Assembly: GCA_965215015.1 (NCBI GenBank)
Contig: OZ244042.1
Coordinates: forward strand, 160,001-224,000
Source: Candidatus Poribacteria bacterium
GTDB lineage: Bacteria > Poribacteria > WGA-4E > PCPOR2b
DNA length: 64,000 nucleotides
Reading direction: 5' to 3'
Shown here: piece after piece, positions 10,404 through 20,359 of the stretch
Numbering within the stretch: position 1 is the first letter of the stretch
Layout: each line of letters starts with the position of its first letter
Program-made: the position numbers and the translations under genes
The notes under the pieces: generated by a model
The model's database searches: none
Told to the model about the DNA's origin: nothing
The model's input: only the letters and a program-made list of their open reading frames with translations

Positions 10404-10467
10404 TTGCCTTGTAAGTAGGGAAATCCGTAGAAAATGGGGGTTCTCTGTTGTTGGTTAATCAGCCTAA

Positions 10468-10516
10468 TGCACCAAATGGTGTAGATTAAATATTTAGAAT
10501 TGCACCATTTGGTGCA
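10468..10516. promoter_or_regulatory. Tandem NtrC-like enhancer-binding-protein sites
   Basis: TGCACC-aaat-GGTGTA (10468-10483) and TGCACC-attt-GGTGCA (10501-10516), 33 bp apart, upstream of the sigma54 promoter. Confidence 0.7.
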
Positions 10517-10532
10517 ATTTCCTTGTTAATCC

Positions 10533-10570
10533 TTTGACGTACTCCCACGCCCTAAAGGGTTGGGGTCTTG
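10533..10570 (-). mobile_element. Isolated IS200/IS605-type right-end remnant
   Basis: Reverse complement aagaccccaaccctttagggcgtgggagtacgtcaa resembles the end of the tnpB remnant at about 43039-43072 (gaatccaaaccctgtaggtgtaggagtacgtcaa). Confidence 0.55.
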
Positions 10571-10770
10571 TCAACAAGATTAGATAAATGAACGGTGCTC
10601 ATAAAGGAGTAGGCAACTCCGCGTGCCGTAACCTCAACAATCGTTATTACGGACGGGGTTGTTTATGTGAGGGGTGCTCATACGAATTATCTGAATTGCG
10701 GATGCAGCAGATGCCTCAGATTACACGGATATAGATATGGGGTTGGGAATATTTTGTTTTTTTCCATTCA

Positions 10771-11512
10771 GGTTGGAGGGTTAGCCAAGCCATACGCTAT
10801 AGCGAAATAACCCTGTTCGTAGTAGCGCAATTCATTGCGCGTCTCTTCCTATCCATTGAACAACGTTAAAAAAATTAGCCCAATAAGTTGAACCGATTAA
10901 AATCGACTGCAACGATATGGGGTTGGAGGGTTAGCCAAGTCATACGTTATAGCGAAATAACCCCGTTCGTAGTAGCGCAATTCATTGCGCGTCTCTTCCT
11001 ATCCCTTCAACAACGTTAAATAAATTAACCCAATAAGTCGAACCGATTAAAATCAACTGCAACGATATGGGGTTGGGGGTGTTAGCCAAGCCATACGCTA
11101 TAGCAAGATAACCCTGTTTGTAGTAGCGCAATTCATTGCGCGTCTCTTCCTATCCCTTCAACAGCGTTAAATAAATTAACCCAATAAGTCGAAACGATTA
11201 AAATCGACTGCAACGATATGGGGTTGGAGGGTTAGCCAAGCCATACGCTATAGCGAAATAACCCTGTTTGTAGTAGCGCAATTCATTGCGCGTCTCTTCC
11301 TATCCCTTCAACAGCGTTAAATAAATTAACCCAATAAATCAAAACGATTAAAATCAACTGCAACGATATGGGGTTGGAGGGTTAGCCAAGCCATACGCTA
11401 TAGCGAGATAACCCCGTTCGTAGTAGCGCAATTCATTGCGCGTCTCTTCCTATCCCTTCAACAGCGTTAAATAAATTAACCCAATAAATCAAAACGATTA
11501 AAATCGACTGCA
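10771..11512. repeat. Tandem array of five ~150-bp units, each with one GTAG hairpin plus a copy of the last 12 codons of the adjacent gene
   Basis: Units start at 10771, 10921, 11071, 11222 and 11372; the final unit ends inside CDS 11476-12492. Confidence 0.95.
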
Positions 11513-12492
11513 CCGACAACGGGCCTATCCGCGAAAAAATCCTCCAACGCCGCGAGTGTCGTCTCACCGATTTTGGCGTAACCGTAAGCACCCGTTCCAG
11601 AAACATGGGGAGTGACAAAAACATTTGGCAACCCTAAAAATGGGCTATCCGGCGGCAGCGGCTCTGGGGTTGTGACATCAAGTGTGATGAAAATACGATC
11701 GGTCCGCGCTTCAGTCAGCAAGGCCTCATGGTCGATAATACTGCCCCGCGAGGTGTTGACCAGCGTGGCTCCGTCCCGAAGCAGTTTTAGCTGCTCCTCA
11801 CCAATTATCTTATTCGTTTGTGGGATACTTGGCGTGTGAACCGTTACAATATCAGCTGTGGCAAACAAATCGTTGAGCGAAACTCTCTCCACACCAAGAC
11901 TACCCGCCTCCCAATCTGAAAGGTACGGATCGTAGATCAGTTTCCTGACCTCGAAAGACTTCAGGAGCTGAATCACCTGTCGCCCAACTTTGCTCGCTGA
12001 GACTATACCAACAACACTTCCGCGTAAAGAGGGAGCTCTAGAAGCCACCTCACTACGGTTCCACCTCCCCGATCGGGTATGCAAGATAAAGTCAACCCAT
12101 CGGCGGGCGGTCATAATCATTGCGCCAATTGTGTATTCGGCAACATTGTAGGCGATTGCTTCGTTGGCACTAAATACGCAGATCTGGCGCGGCAGAATGT
12201 ATGTATCGAGGACTTCACCGATAAGGCGTTTCACAGAACCCCCTGAATGGGCGATGATTCGGAGGGCGTCCGCGTTAGCCATCACCTTTTCAGTTATTGG
12301 TGACACACCCCAACCGGTGACTACCCCCTCGAACCCAGCAACACGCTCGGCGATTTGGTCGCTTGTATAGCTTGAGCCGGTTTCATTCAGCGTTACATCA
12401 AATTGCTCCTGAAACCGCCTGAAAACTTCTGGAGGGAAAACCTCTTCAGTATGCCCTGATGTGGGCAGGTATAAGATTTTAGGTTTGTTCAT
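11476..12492 (-). CDS. D-isomer-specific 2-hydroxyacid dehydrogenase
   Basis: VGIVSASKVGR dinucleotide-binding motif, LVNTSRGSIID, LDVTTPEPLP, TPHVSG; start at MNKPK after AAGGAG. Confidence 0.9.
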   Translation of the reverse strand: MNKPKILYLPTSGHTEEVFPPEVFRRFQEQFDVTLNETGSSYTSDQIAERVAGFEGVVTGWGVSPITEKVMANADALRIIAHSGGSVKRLIGEVLDTYILPRQICVFSANEAIAYNVAEYTIGAMIMTARRWVDFILHTRSGRWNRSEVASRAPSLRGSVVGIVSASKVGRQVIQLLKSFEVRKLIYDPYLSDWEAGSLGVERVSLNDLFATADIVTVHTPSIPQTNKIIGEEQLKLLRDGATLVNTSRGSIIDHEALLTEARTDRIFITLDVTTPEPLPPDSPFLGLPNVFVTPHVSGTGAYGYAKIGETTLAALEDFFADRPVVGAVDFNRFDLLG

Positions 12493-12527
12493 CGGTGCTC
12501 CTTTCATTGATGTCAGTCATTCTGATG

Positions 12528-14606
12528 CTAAAACAGCGGTCTATTCACAACAGCATCTCGTGTACTGGCCGGGGCAACGTCGTAATGAGAGAACTCCATT
12601 GTAAATATCCCCCGTCCTTGAGTCAACGAGCGCAACTCCGTTGTATATTGGAACATCTGCGCTAACGGAACATGAGCTTCAATAGATTCCGCTGTTCCCA
12701 CGGTACTAGTTTCGTGGATTTGGGCGCGGCGTGAATTGAGGTCGCCAATGACCTTTCCAATATGCTCGGTCGGCGCAATCACTTGAATCTTCATAATCGG
12801 CTCTAATAGGACAGGTGAGGCCTCTTCGGCGGCGTTCTCAAAAGCAATAATAGTAGCGGCTTCAAAGGCGGTTTCCGATGAATCTGTCTCATGGTATGAA
12901 CCACCGATAAGAACTACCTTGATGTCTTGCATGGGGAAACCACTTAATACCCCATTTGACATGCCACTTCGCGCCCCTCGTTCAACAACGGGGACATATT
13001 GGCGAGGGATATCTACTGCATCGCTCTCATCTGCAAATTCAAACCCCATCCCTCTTGGTAGTGGTTCCAACCTGAGTATAATATCTCCGTAGATGCCTTC
13101 GTCATCAATCTTGTGAATATATTTGCCTTGGGCTTCAGCAATTTGGTTGATTGTCTCACGATAGGCAACCTGCAATTTGCTCACGCGCGCATTGACTTGA
13201 AACTCGCGCAGCATCCGATCTGTCAAGATTTCCAGATGGAGCTCTCCCATGCCTGAAATCACTCGCTGCCCGGTTTCATCGTCAATCTGCACAGTAAAAG
13301 TTGGGTCCTCTTCCATCATGAAATCAAGCGTTTCTTCAAGTGTATCTTTATCTTTTTCAGACCTCGGCTCAATCGCGACAGAGATGACCGGCTCCGGAAA
13401 TACCATTGATTCTAGTAGAATTGGATGCGAGGAAGTCGTTAATGTGTCCCCGGTAGTAGTGCCTTTTAGTCCAACAAGGGCGACAATGTCTCCTGCGTGG
13501 GTGCCCTCACAGGCTTCTCGTTTGTTGGCATGCATCTGCAAAATCCGCGTCACCCGTTCTTTTATACCTTTTGTCACATTGTAAACAACGTCTCCACGCC
13601 GGAGCGTCCCAGAGTAGATACGGCAGTAAACAATTTTTGCGACATTCGGATCCCTGGCAATCTTGAACGCTAACGCGGCAAATGGCGCGTCATCTTTCGA
13701 CTCACGATCTTCCTTACGGTCTTTGCCCGGGACGATGCCCTCAATCGGGGGCACGTCGGCCGGGGACGGAAGGAAATCGATAACAGCGTCAAGCAACGGT
13801 TGGACACCTTGATTTCTTAGAGCTGTTCCGCATAGCACCGGGACAAGCCTGTTGTTTAATGCTGCTGTACGAATCCCTCGCAGAAGTTCTGCTTCCGTGA
13901 TTTCTTCGCCTTCCAGATACTTTTCCAACAGGTCATCATCTTCGCTCGCAACGGCTTCAACCAACTCTTCGCGCGCTTCCTCCGCTGCTGCTTGCAATTC
14001 CACGGGAATCTGCGTCAAATCAAAGGTTTGCCCTTGGTCCTCTTTATGCCAGCGGAGGGCTTGCATTCGGATTAGATCCACAACGCCTGAAAACTGGCTT
14101 TCGGCACCGATCGGCAGTTGGAGGAGTAAAGGATTGGCTCCCAATCGTATTTTCATCATTTTGATAACGCGCGGAAAATCTGCACCCAGTCGATCCATCT
14201 TATTCACGAAAGCGATTCGTGGAATATGATAACGCTCTGCTTGACGCCATACCGTTTCGGATTGGGGTTCAACGCCGCCGACAGCACAAAATAGAGCAAC
14301 TGCCCCATCCAGTACACGCAGGGAACGTTCAACTTCGACGGTAAAGTCAACATGTCCCGGTGTATCGATCAGATGAATCGCGTGGTCCCGCCAAAAACAG
14401 GTCGTTGCCGCCGCTGTGATGGTCACACCGCGCTCCCGCTCCTGAACCATCCAATCCATGTCCGTGGTCCCATCGTCAATATCGCCGATCTTATGCTTCT
14501 TACCGGTATAGAATAAGATGCGTTCAGTAGTCGTTGTTTTGCCCGCATCAATGTGCGCCATGATACCGATATTTCGTACCCGTTCAATCCCATATTCCCG
14601 TGGCAT
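12528..14606 (-). CDS. fusA: Elongation factor G (stand-alone, divergent paralog)
   Basis: [55 protein letters not shown]. Confidence 0.9.
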   Translation of the reverse strand: MPREYGIERVRNIGIMAHIDAGKTTTTERILFYTGKKHKIGDIDDGTTDMDWMVQERERGVTITAAATTCFWRDHAIHLIDTPGHVDFTVEVERSLRVLDGAVALFCAVGGVEPQSETVWRQAERYHIPRIAFVNKMDRLGADFPRVIKMMKIRLGANPLLLQLPIGAESQFSGVVDLIRMQALRWHKEDQGQTFDLTQIPVELQAAAEEAREELVEAVASEDDDLLEKYLEGEEITEAELLRGIRTAALNNRLVPVLCGTALRNQGVQPLLDAVIDFLPSPADVPPIEGIVPGKDRKEDRESKDDAPFAALAFKIARDPNVAKIVYCRIYSGTLRRGDVVYNVTKGIKERVTRILQMHANKREACEGTHAGDIVALVGLKGTTTGDTLTTSSHPILLESMVFPEPVISVAIEPRSEKDKDTLEETLDFMMEEDPTFTVQIDDETGQRVISGMGELHLEILTDRMLREFQVNARVSKLQVAYRETINQIAEAQGKYIHKIDDEGIYGDIILRLEPLPRGMGFEFADESDAVDIPRQYVPVVERGARSGMSNGVLSGFPMQDIKVVLIGGSYHETDSSETAFEAATIIAFENAAEEASPVLLEPIMKIQVIAPTEHIGKVIGDLNSRRAQIHETSTVGTAESIEAHVPLAQMFQYTTELRSLTQGRGIFTMEFSHYDVAPASTRDAVVNRPLF

Positions 14607-14652
14607 ATATTTCTCCGTCTTTTGGAATAAGCCTTTGATTGCTTATTTGTTA

Positions 14653-15380
14653 AGAGTTACGCACTTGAGTGTGTCGTAACGCCATTCAACCCACATTACC
14701 ATAGACCATAAATCGCCCAATAGCAATAGACATACGCTGTATGCCGTACCCCCCTCCCTTCCTCCCGCTTGTGTTCTTACTGCTCATAGTAGCGCAATTC
14801 ATCGCGCGTAAGCTCACCCATCCCTTCCCCCTGCTTGCGGGGGGACAGAGGGGGGTTCTTACTTCTCCTCCGCTTGCGGGGGGGTGTAGATGATTGGCAA
14901 TGTAATAGTATTGCCATGGACTTACTTCCCCCTGCTTGCGGGGGGATAGAGGGGGGTTCTTACTTCTCCTCCGCTTGCGGGATTGTAGATGATTGGCAAT
15001 GTAATAGTATTACCATGGACTTACTTCCCCCTGCTTGCGGGGGGATAGAGGGGGGTTCTTACTTCCCTCCACCTGCTTGCGGGGGGTGTAGATGATTGGT
15101 AATGTAATAGCATTGCCATGGACTTACTTCCCCCTGCTTGCAGGGGGATAGAGGGGGTTCTTACTTCCCCTCCGCTTGCGGGGGGTTGTAGATGATTGGC
15201 AATGTAATAGTATTACCATGGACTTACTTCCCCCTGCTTGCGGGGGGATAGAGGGGGGTTCTTACTTCCCTCTCCCTGCTTGCCGGGGGTTAGGGAGGTG
15301 GCGATTCATCCCCGAAATCCACCATGAACATGGCACCCCCTTTTCTGGTGTTGGCTTTGAACCCTCAACTGCATAAGTCT
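14653..15380. mobile_element. MITE-like segment bounded by short inverted repeats, enclosing repeat arrays
   Basis: AGAGTTACGCA (14653-14663) and TGCATAAGTCT (15370-15380) are imperfect inverted repeats, flanked by ttatttgtta and taatttgtta (10 bp, one mismatch). Confidence 0.5.
14825..15300. repeat. Tandem array of ~100-bp units (4 full plus 1 partial) with CCCCCTGCTTGCGGGGG hairpins and a TGGCAAT-N8-ATTGCCA palindrome
   Basis: Unit starts at 14825, 14926, 15025, 15128 and 15228. Confidence 0.9.
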
Positions 15381-15676
15381 TAATTTGTTATGAAATATGT
15401 TTAGTATATCATGTTAAGCCTAAAAACTCAATGACGAGTGCCTCAACCTGACTACATTGAGGTCATCGTGGATATGTTCGGTAGGTTTCGATCCGTATCA
15501 TACTGTTTTTTCTCGTAATTCCTCCGATTTTCGTGTAAAATTCGCGTGCGATTTGAGGGTTCACAAGTGAGGTATAGGCAACAAGCGACTAGGAAGACAG
15601 CCTCTCCAAGATAAGCAACGATCGGACACCTATTTGGAACCACCTCATCAGACCAAGAGACGGTAAGGAGAGAAAA

Positions 15677-17080
15677 ATGAGTAAAATACCGCTTCACTTC
15701 AAAACAATTACCGAAGTGGCCGAACTAATAAGAGCAAAACATATATCGCCTGTGGAGGTTACCACCACAATACTAAATCGTATAGGGCAACTCGATAGCC
15801 ACCTCAAAAGCTACGCCACCGTCACAGCAGACCGCGCAATAACAGCGGCTCAGAAAGCTGAAGCAGAGATCACATCCGGCACATATCGCGGGCCACTTCA
15901 TGGGGTTCCGGTAGCCGTAAAAGATCTATGTTTCACCAAGGGCATCCGCACGATGGGAGGGACACACGCACTCGCCGAGCATATTCCTGACTTTGATTCT
16001 ACCGTCGTTGCAAAACTGGAATCGGCCGGAGCGGTGCCGCTGGGCAAGCTCAATCTTACGGAAGGCGCGATGGGGGGCTACAATCCCAAATTTAAGATTC
16101 CCATCAACCCGTGGAATGCCGAACGATTTGCGGGAGCTTCGTCCAGTGGATCCGGGGTCGCAACAGCAGCCGGTCTGTGTTTTGGCTCCCTTGGCAGTGA
16201 TACCGGTGGTTCGATTCGCTTCCCCGCCGCAGCGTGCGGCACGGTAGGTCTCAAACCCACATGGGGGCGGGTCAGTCGCTATGGCGTGTTGGCTTTGGCG
16301 GAATCGCTTGACCACGTCGGTCCGTTGACACGAAGCAGTACCGACGCAGGCATCGTGCTTGAAGCCATCTCCGGCTTCGATCCCAAGGATCCCACGTCCC
16401 TGCCTAACCCTGTGCCGAACATGCTCAAAGGCATAGACAAGGGGGTGGAGGGGACTCGTATCGGGTTTGACTTGCAATATGCTACCAAAGACATTGATCC
16501 TGAACTCGTTGAGGCGGTACTAGCTGGCCTAAAGGTACTGGAAGGTCTAGGGGCTGAGATTATCGAGGTGCAACTGCCTGATATGGACCCATACGTCGCC
16601 GCGTGGCCGGTTCTGTGTTCCGCTGAAGCGGTCGCCGCTCACGAAGCGACCTACCCCTCCCAAAGAGACGACTACGGCCCTTGGTTCCGTGGCTGGCTTG
16701 ATAAGGGGGCGAAGGTCACAGGGGCGGAATATGCCAAAGCCAACAACTTACGCGCCGCCTGTACAGGGCATCTCCGTTGCGTGTTTAAACAGATTGATGT
16801 ACTTGTTTGTCCCTCAACGTCTGCACCCCCACACCCAGTCAAGCCAAAAGAGTTATATGGCACCATGCCAGAAAGCCGCGAACCGAAATTTCAGCGGTTC
16901 ACTGTGCCGTTTGATTACAACGGGGCACCAACATTATCGGTGCCGTGTGGATTTAACAGCGAAGGGCTTCCGCTAAGCATTCAGTGGGTGGGCAAGCACC
17001 TGTCAGAACCGTTGTTGTGCCGAATCGGTCACGCCTACGAAGGGGCAACCGAGTGGCACAATCGGCATCCGAACGTTTGA
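15677..17080 (+). CDS. Amidase signature family protein
   Basis: GPLHGVPVAVKDL, GASSSGSG, GSDTGGSIRFPAA, GLKPTWGRVSR. Confidence 0.92.
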   Translation: MSKIPLHFKTITEVAELIRAKHISPVEVTTTILNRIGQLDSHLKSYATVTADRAITAAQKAEAEITSGTYRGPLHGVPVAVKDLCFTKGIRTMGGTHALAEHIPDFDSTVVAKLESAGAVPLGKLNLTEGAMGGYNPKFKIPINPWNAERFAGASSSGSGVATAAGLCFGSLGSDTGGSIRFPAAACGTVGLKPTWGRVSRYGVLALAESLDHVGPLTRSSTDAGIVLEAISGFDPKDPTSLPNPVPNMLKGIDKGVEGTRIGFDLQYATKDIDPELVEAVLAGLKVLEGLGAEIIEVQLPDMDPYVAAWPVLCSAEAVAAHEATYPSQRDDYGPWFRGWLDKGAKVTGAEYAKANNLRAACTGHLRCVFKQIDVLVCPSTSAPPHPVKPKELYGTMPESREPKFQRFTVPFDYNGAPTLSVPCGFNSEGLPLSIQWVGKHLSEPLLCRIGHAYEGATEWHNRHPNV

Positions 17081-17554
17081 AGGCTGGCCTTATACCGACG
17101 AGCGCGAGAACCGCGGCCGGCCCACACACCGATGACAGCAATTTCGATGATGCTTCACGGTTTCCCACCAATGGTAGATTTAACGCTTGACGAAGTTTAT
17201 GGCTCGTGATATATTTTTATCGATTGCCGCCATTGCCGCGCACGCAGAAAGCGAGAAAACCGAATCTCATGGGCTGGGATGCCGGCGTCTCTTTTAAAAG
17301 CACATGCCCTTCAAAGGACTCGATCATAACAGTAGTTTCTAATACGTCAACGGGTGCTTGGGCGATAGATAGTGAAATTATGAAACAGTTGAGGATAGTT
17401 AGCTGGGGGCACTCATAATTATTGTCTGAACCCGGATTTAAGGATTAGTAGGATAACCTTCAACACCTGAACTAATCCACCCATCTACCAAAGACCGATC
17501 AGATTGGGACAACAACATCGGGACTTGGGTCTCCACAGCCAAAGGGATTTTTTG

Positions 17555-20359
17555 ATGACCCACCGCAAGAAACTTATTGAAGTAGACCTGCCGCTAGACG
17601 ACATCAACCGCGAATCCGCCCGTGAGAAGTCCATCCGGCACGGCCATCCCTCCACATTGCATCTATGGTGGGCACGCCGTCCGTTGGCTGCTTGCCGCGC
17701 GGTCATCTTTGCCAGCATGGTGGACGACCCCTCCCACTGCCCCGATGAGTTCCCCACCGACCACGAGCAACGTGCCGAGCGGGAACGACTCCACCATATC
17801 ATCCGTGATCTCGTCAAATGGGAGAGCACCGACGAGAGCCAACTGGATGTAAAAACACTCCTAGCAAACGCACGCTACGAAATTGCCCGCTCGGTGGCGC
17901 GTTCCCGGGGGGAAACCGCACCCACTGACCCTGTTGAAGTGTTGAAATACCTGCACGACCATACGCTGCCGATATATGACCCCTTCGCCGGTGGGGGTTC
18001 TATCCCCCTCGAAGCACAACGGCTTGGACTGAAGTCCGTTGCTTCAGACCTCAATCCGGTGGCAGTCCTCATCAACAAGGCGTTGATTGAGATACCGCCC
18101 AAGTTTCAGCATCTGCCTCCGGTCAATCCCGAAGCGGACACCCTCGGCATATCTACGGGCAGAGGCAGAAACGCGCGGCGCATCCCCTGGCGCGGTGCGT
18201 CCGGCCTTGCAGACGACATCCGCTACTACGGGGCATGGATGCGTGAGGAGGCGTTTAAGCGGATTGGGCATCTTTACCCGAAGGTGAAACTGGCTGATGG
18301 CAGCGATGCGACTGTGATTGCATGGCTCTGGGCGCGGACGGTCCCCTGTCCCAATCCCGCCTGCGGTGTCGAGCTGCCCCTTCTGAAAACCTTCCAACTC
18401 TCGAAAAAGAGCAACAACGAACACTGGATTAGGCCTGTTGTTGACTATGAGTCGAAGCGGGTATCCTTTGTCGTGCAGGGCCACAGTGGTGGCGTCCCCG
18501 AAGGTGGGACGGTGAACCGCCACGGTGCCGTCTGTATCGCCTGCAACAGCGCGGCTCCGTTGTCTTATGTCCGTGAGCAGGCGAGGGTTGGCAACATGAG
18601 CGAGCAGATGACTGCCATCGTCGCTGAGGGGGATCGCAGGCGGCTCTATGTGTCACCGTCCGACGAACATATCAAGGCCGCAATATCTGCCGAACCTATT
18701 TGGAGGCCAACGCAACCAATAACAAGAACACCAAAAGTCAGTGCGTTGACTTATGGTGCTACCCATTGGCATCAACTTTTCACTGAGCGTCAACTCACTG
18801 CGCTGACCACGTTCAGCGACCTGCTAGAGGAGGTTGACGAATTAGTAACAAAACACGGGGCTGATGAGAAGTACACCAACGCTCTCCGAACCTATCTTAC
18901 TCTCGCAATTGGTAGAGAAGCAGACATGTGCTCTAGTTTTGACAGATGGCACAACTCCGTAGAAGCAGTCACCGGAGTTTTTGGGCGTCAGGCAATTCCG
19001 ATGATTTGGGATTACGTCGAATCCAATCCCTTCTCCAATTCAACGGGAAATTGGATGGCACATATTAAGTGGATTGCAAAGGTTGTCGAGCGATTGCCCG
19101 CAGCTGCGAACAGCGGTGCCGTGCATCAGGCGGATGCCTCCACCACTATCCACGCCCAAGATGGGCCGGTCATCGTCACCGACCCGCCCTACTACAACAA
19201 CATCGACTATGCCGATCTGTCCGATTTCTTCTACGTGTGGCTGCGTCCCCTACTCCGCGATGTTTACCCGGACCTGTTCGCCGGTATTCTGACCCCCAAA
19301 GCTGAGGAGATAACTGCAATCCCCGCCCGATTTGATGATCCCCGGCAGCGATTTGAGGACTTGCTGAACAAAACACTTCAGTTAATACGAGAGCGATGCA
19401 GCCCGGAGTTCCCGTCCTCCATCTTCTACGCCTACAAACAGCAGGAGGAGGAGCGGGATGGTAGAACGTCCACCGGCTGGGAAACGATGCTGAGTGCTAT
19501 CATATCGGCGGGTTTCGAGATAGTCGGCACCTGGCCCATGCGTACTGAATACGCTTTACGATCCAATGTCCAAAGTGGCACCAATGCACTAGCATCGTCT
19601 GTAGTACTGGTCTGTCGCCCCCGTCCCCGTGATGCCTCCGCCGCAACGCGCCGTCAATTTTTCAACGCACTTGACAAAGAACTGCCTGCAGCACTCGACC
19701 AACTGACGCGAGAAGGGCACATCGCACCGACGGATCTGGCGCAAGCCGCTATCGGTCCGGGGATGCAGATTTACTCCCGTTACAGCGGTGTGGAGACTAT
19801 CAGCGGCAAGGCGGTGTCGGTGCGGGAGGCGTTGGCAGCAATCAACCGCGCTATCGCGGATTACGACGAGCGTCAGGAGGGGGATCTGGATTTGGAGAGC
19901 CGGTTCTGTCTCGCCTGGCTCAAGCAGCATGGGTATGCGGAGGGCCCCTACGGTGACGCGGAGACGCTGGCACGCGCCAAGAATGTCACCATCAGGGGGT
20001 TGCAGGACTCTAACGGTCTGCTCACCGCCAAAGGGGGGTGGGTCAAGCTACTGCCGCTCGATGCGTTTTCTGAAAGCGAGGAGTTGCCCCTCGACGCCAC
20101 GACAGCGTGGGCGGGTTGTTTCCGGATGGCATACCACCTGAACCGTGAGGATGGCAGGGGTGTTGAAGGCGCAGCGCATGTCGGCAGGGAGATGAGGGGT
20201 GCTGTTGAATCTATCGAGCGGTTGGCACGCGTTCTCTACAACTACTATGACCGCGCGGGGGATTCCCAGAACGCTGTTATTTTCAATAACCTTGTCACGG
20301 AGTGGGAACAGATTCAGAAGCAGATGACAGCGGACAGACAGATCGACATGCCGATTTAA
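17555..20359 (+). CDS. DUF1156 adenine-specific DNA methyltransferase with Zn ribbon
   Basis: KLIEVDLPL, LHLWWARRPLAACRA, DPFAGGGSIPLEA (motif I), CPNPAC..CIAC, TDPPYY (motif IV). Confidence 0.92.
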   Translation: MTHRKKLIEVDLPLDDINRESAREKSIRHGHPSTLHLWWARRPLAACRAVIFASMVDDPSHCPDEFPTDHEQRAERERLHHIIRDLVKWESTDESQLDVKTLLANARYEIARSVARSRGETAPTDPVEVLKYLHDHTLPIYDPFAGGGSIPLEAQRLGLKSVASDLNPVAVLINKALIEIPPKFQHLPPVNPEADTLGISTGRGRNARRIPWRGASGLADDIRYYGAWMREEAFKRIGHLYPKVKLADGSDATVIAWLWARTVPCPNPACGVELPLLKTFQLSKKSNNEHWIRPVVDYESKRVSFVVQGHSGGVPEGGTVNRHGAVCIACNSAAPLSYVREQARVGNMSEQMTAIVAEGDRRRLYVSPSDEHIKAAISAEPIWRPTQPITRTPKVSALTYGATHWHQLFTERQLTALTTFSDLLEEVDELVTKHGADEKYTNALRTYLTLAIGREADMCSSFDRWHNSVEAVTGVFGRQAIPMIWDYVESNPFSNSTGNWMAHIKWIAKVVERLPAAANSGAVHQADASTTIHAQDGPVIVTDPPYYNNIDYADLSDFFYVWLRPLLRDVYPDLFAGILTPKAEEITAIPARFDDPRQRFEDLLNKTLQLIRERCSPEFPSSIFYAYKQQEEERDGRTSTGWETMLSAIISAGFEIVGTWPMRTEYALRSNVQSGTNALASSVVLVCRPRPRDASAATRRQFFNALDKELPAALDQLTREGHIAPTDLAQAAIGPGMQIYSRYSGVETISGKAVSVREALAAINRAIADYDERQEGDLDLESRFCLAWLKQHGYAEGPYGDAETLARAKNVTIRGLQDSNGLLTAKGGWVKLLPLDAFSESEELPLDATTAWAGCFRMAYHLNREDGRGVEGAAHVGREMRGAVESIERLARVLYNYYDRAGDSQNAVIFNNLVTEWEQIQKQMTADRQIDMPI

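Noticed and set aside
10771-11512. Possible CRISPR array
   Set aside because: The whole 150-bp unit repeats, so there are no unique spacers, and no cas genes are present.
14835-15376. Small ORFs with PPACGGIEGG repeats (also 20499-20900 and 37795-38082)
   Set aside because: They are translations of non-coding hairpin repeats.
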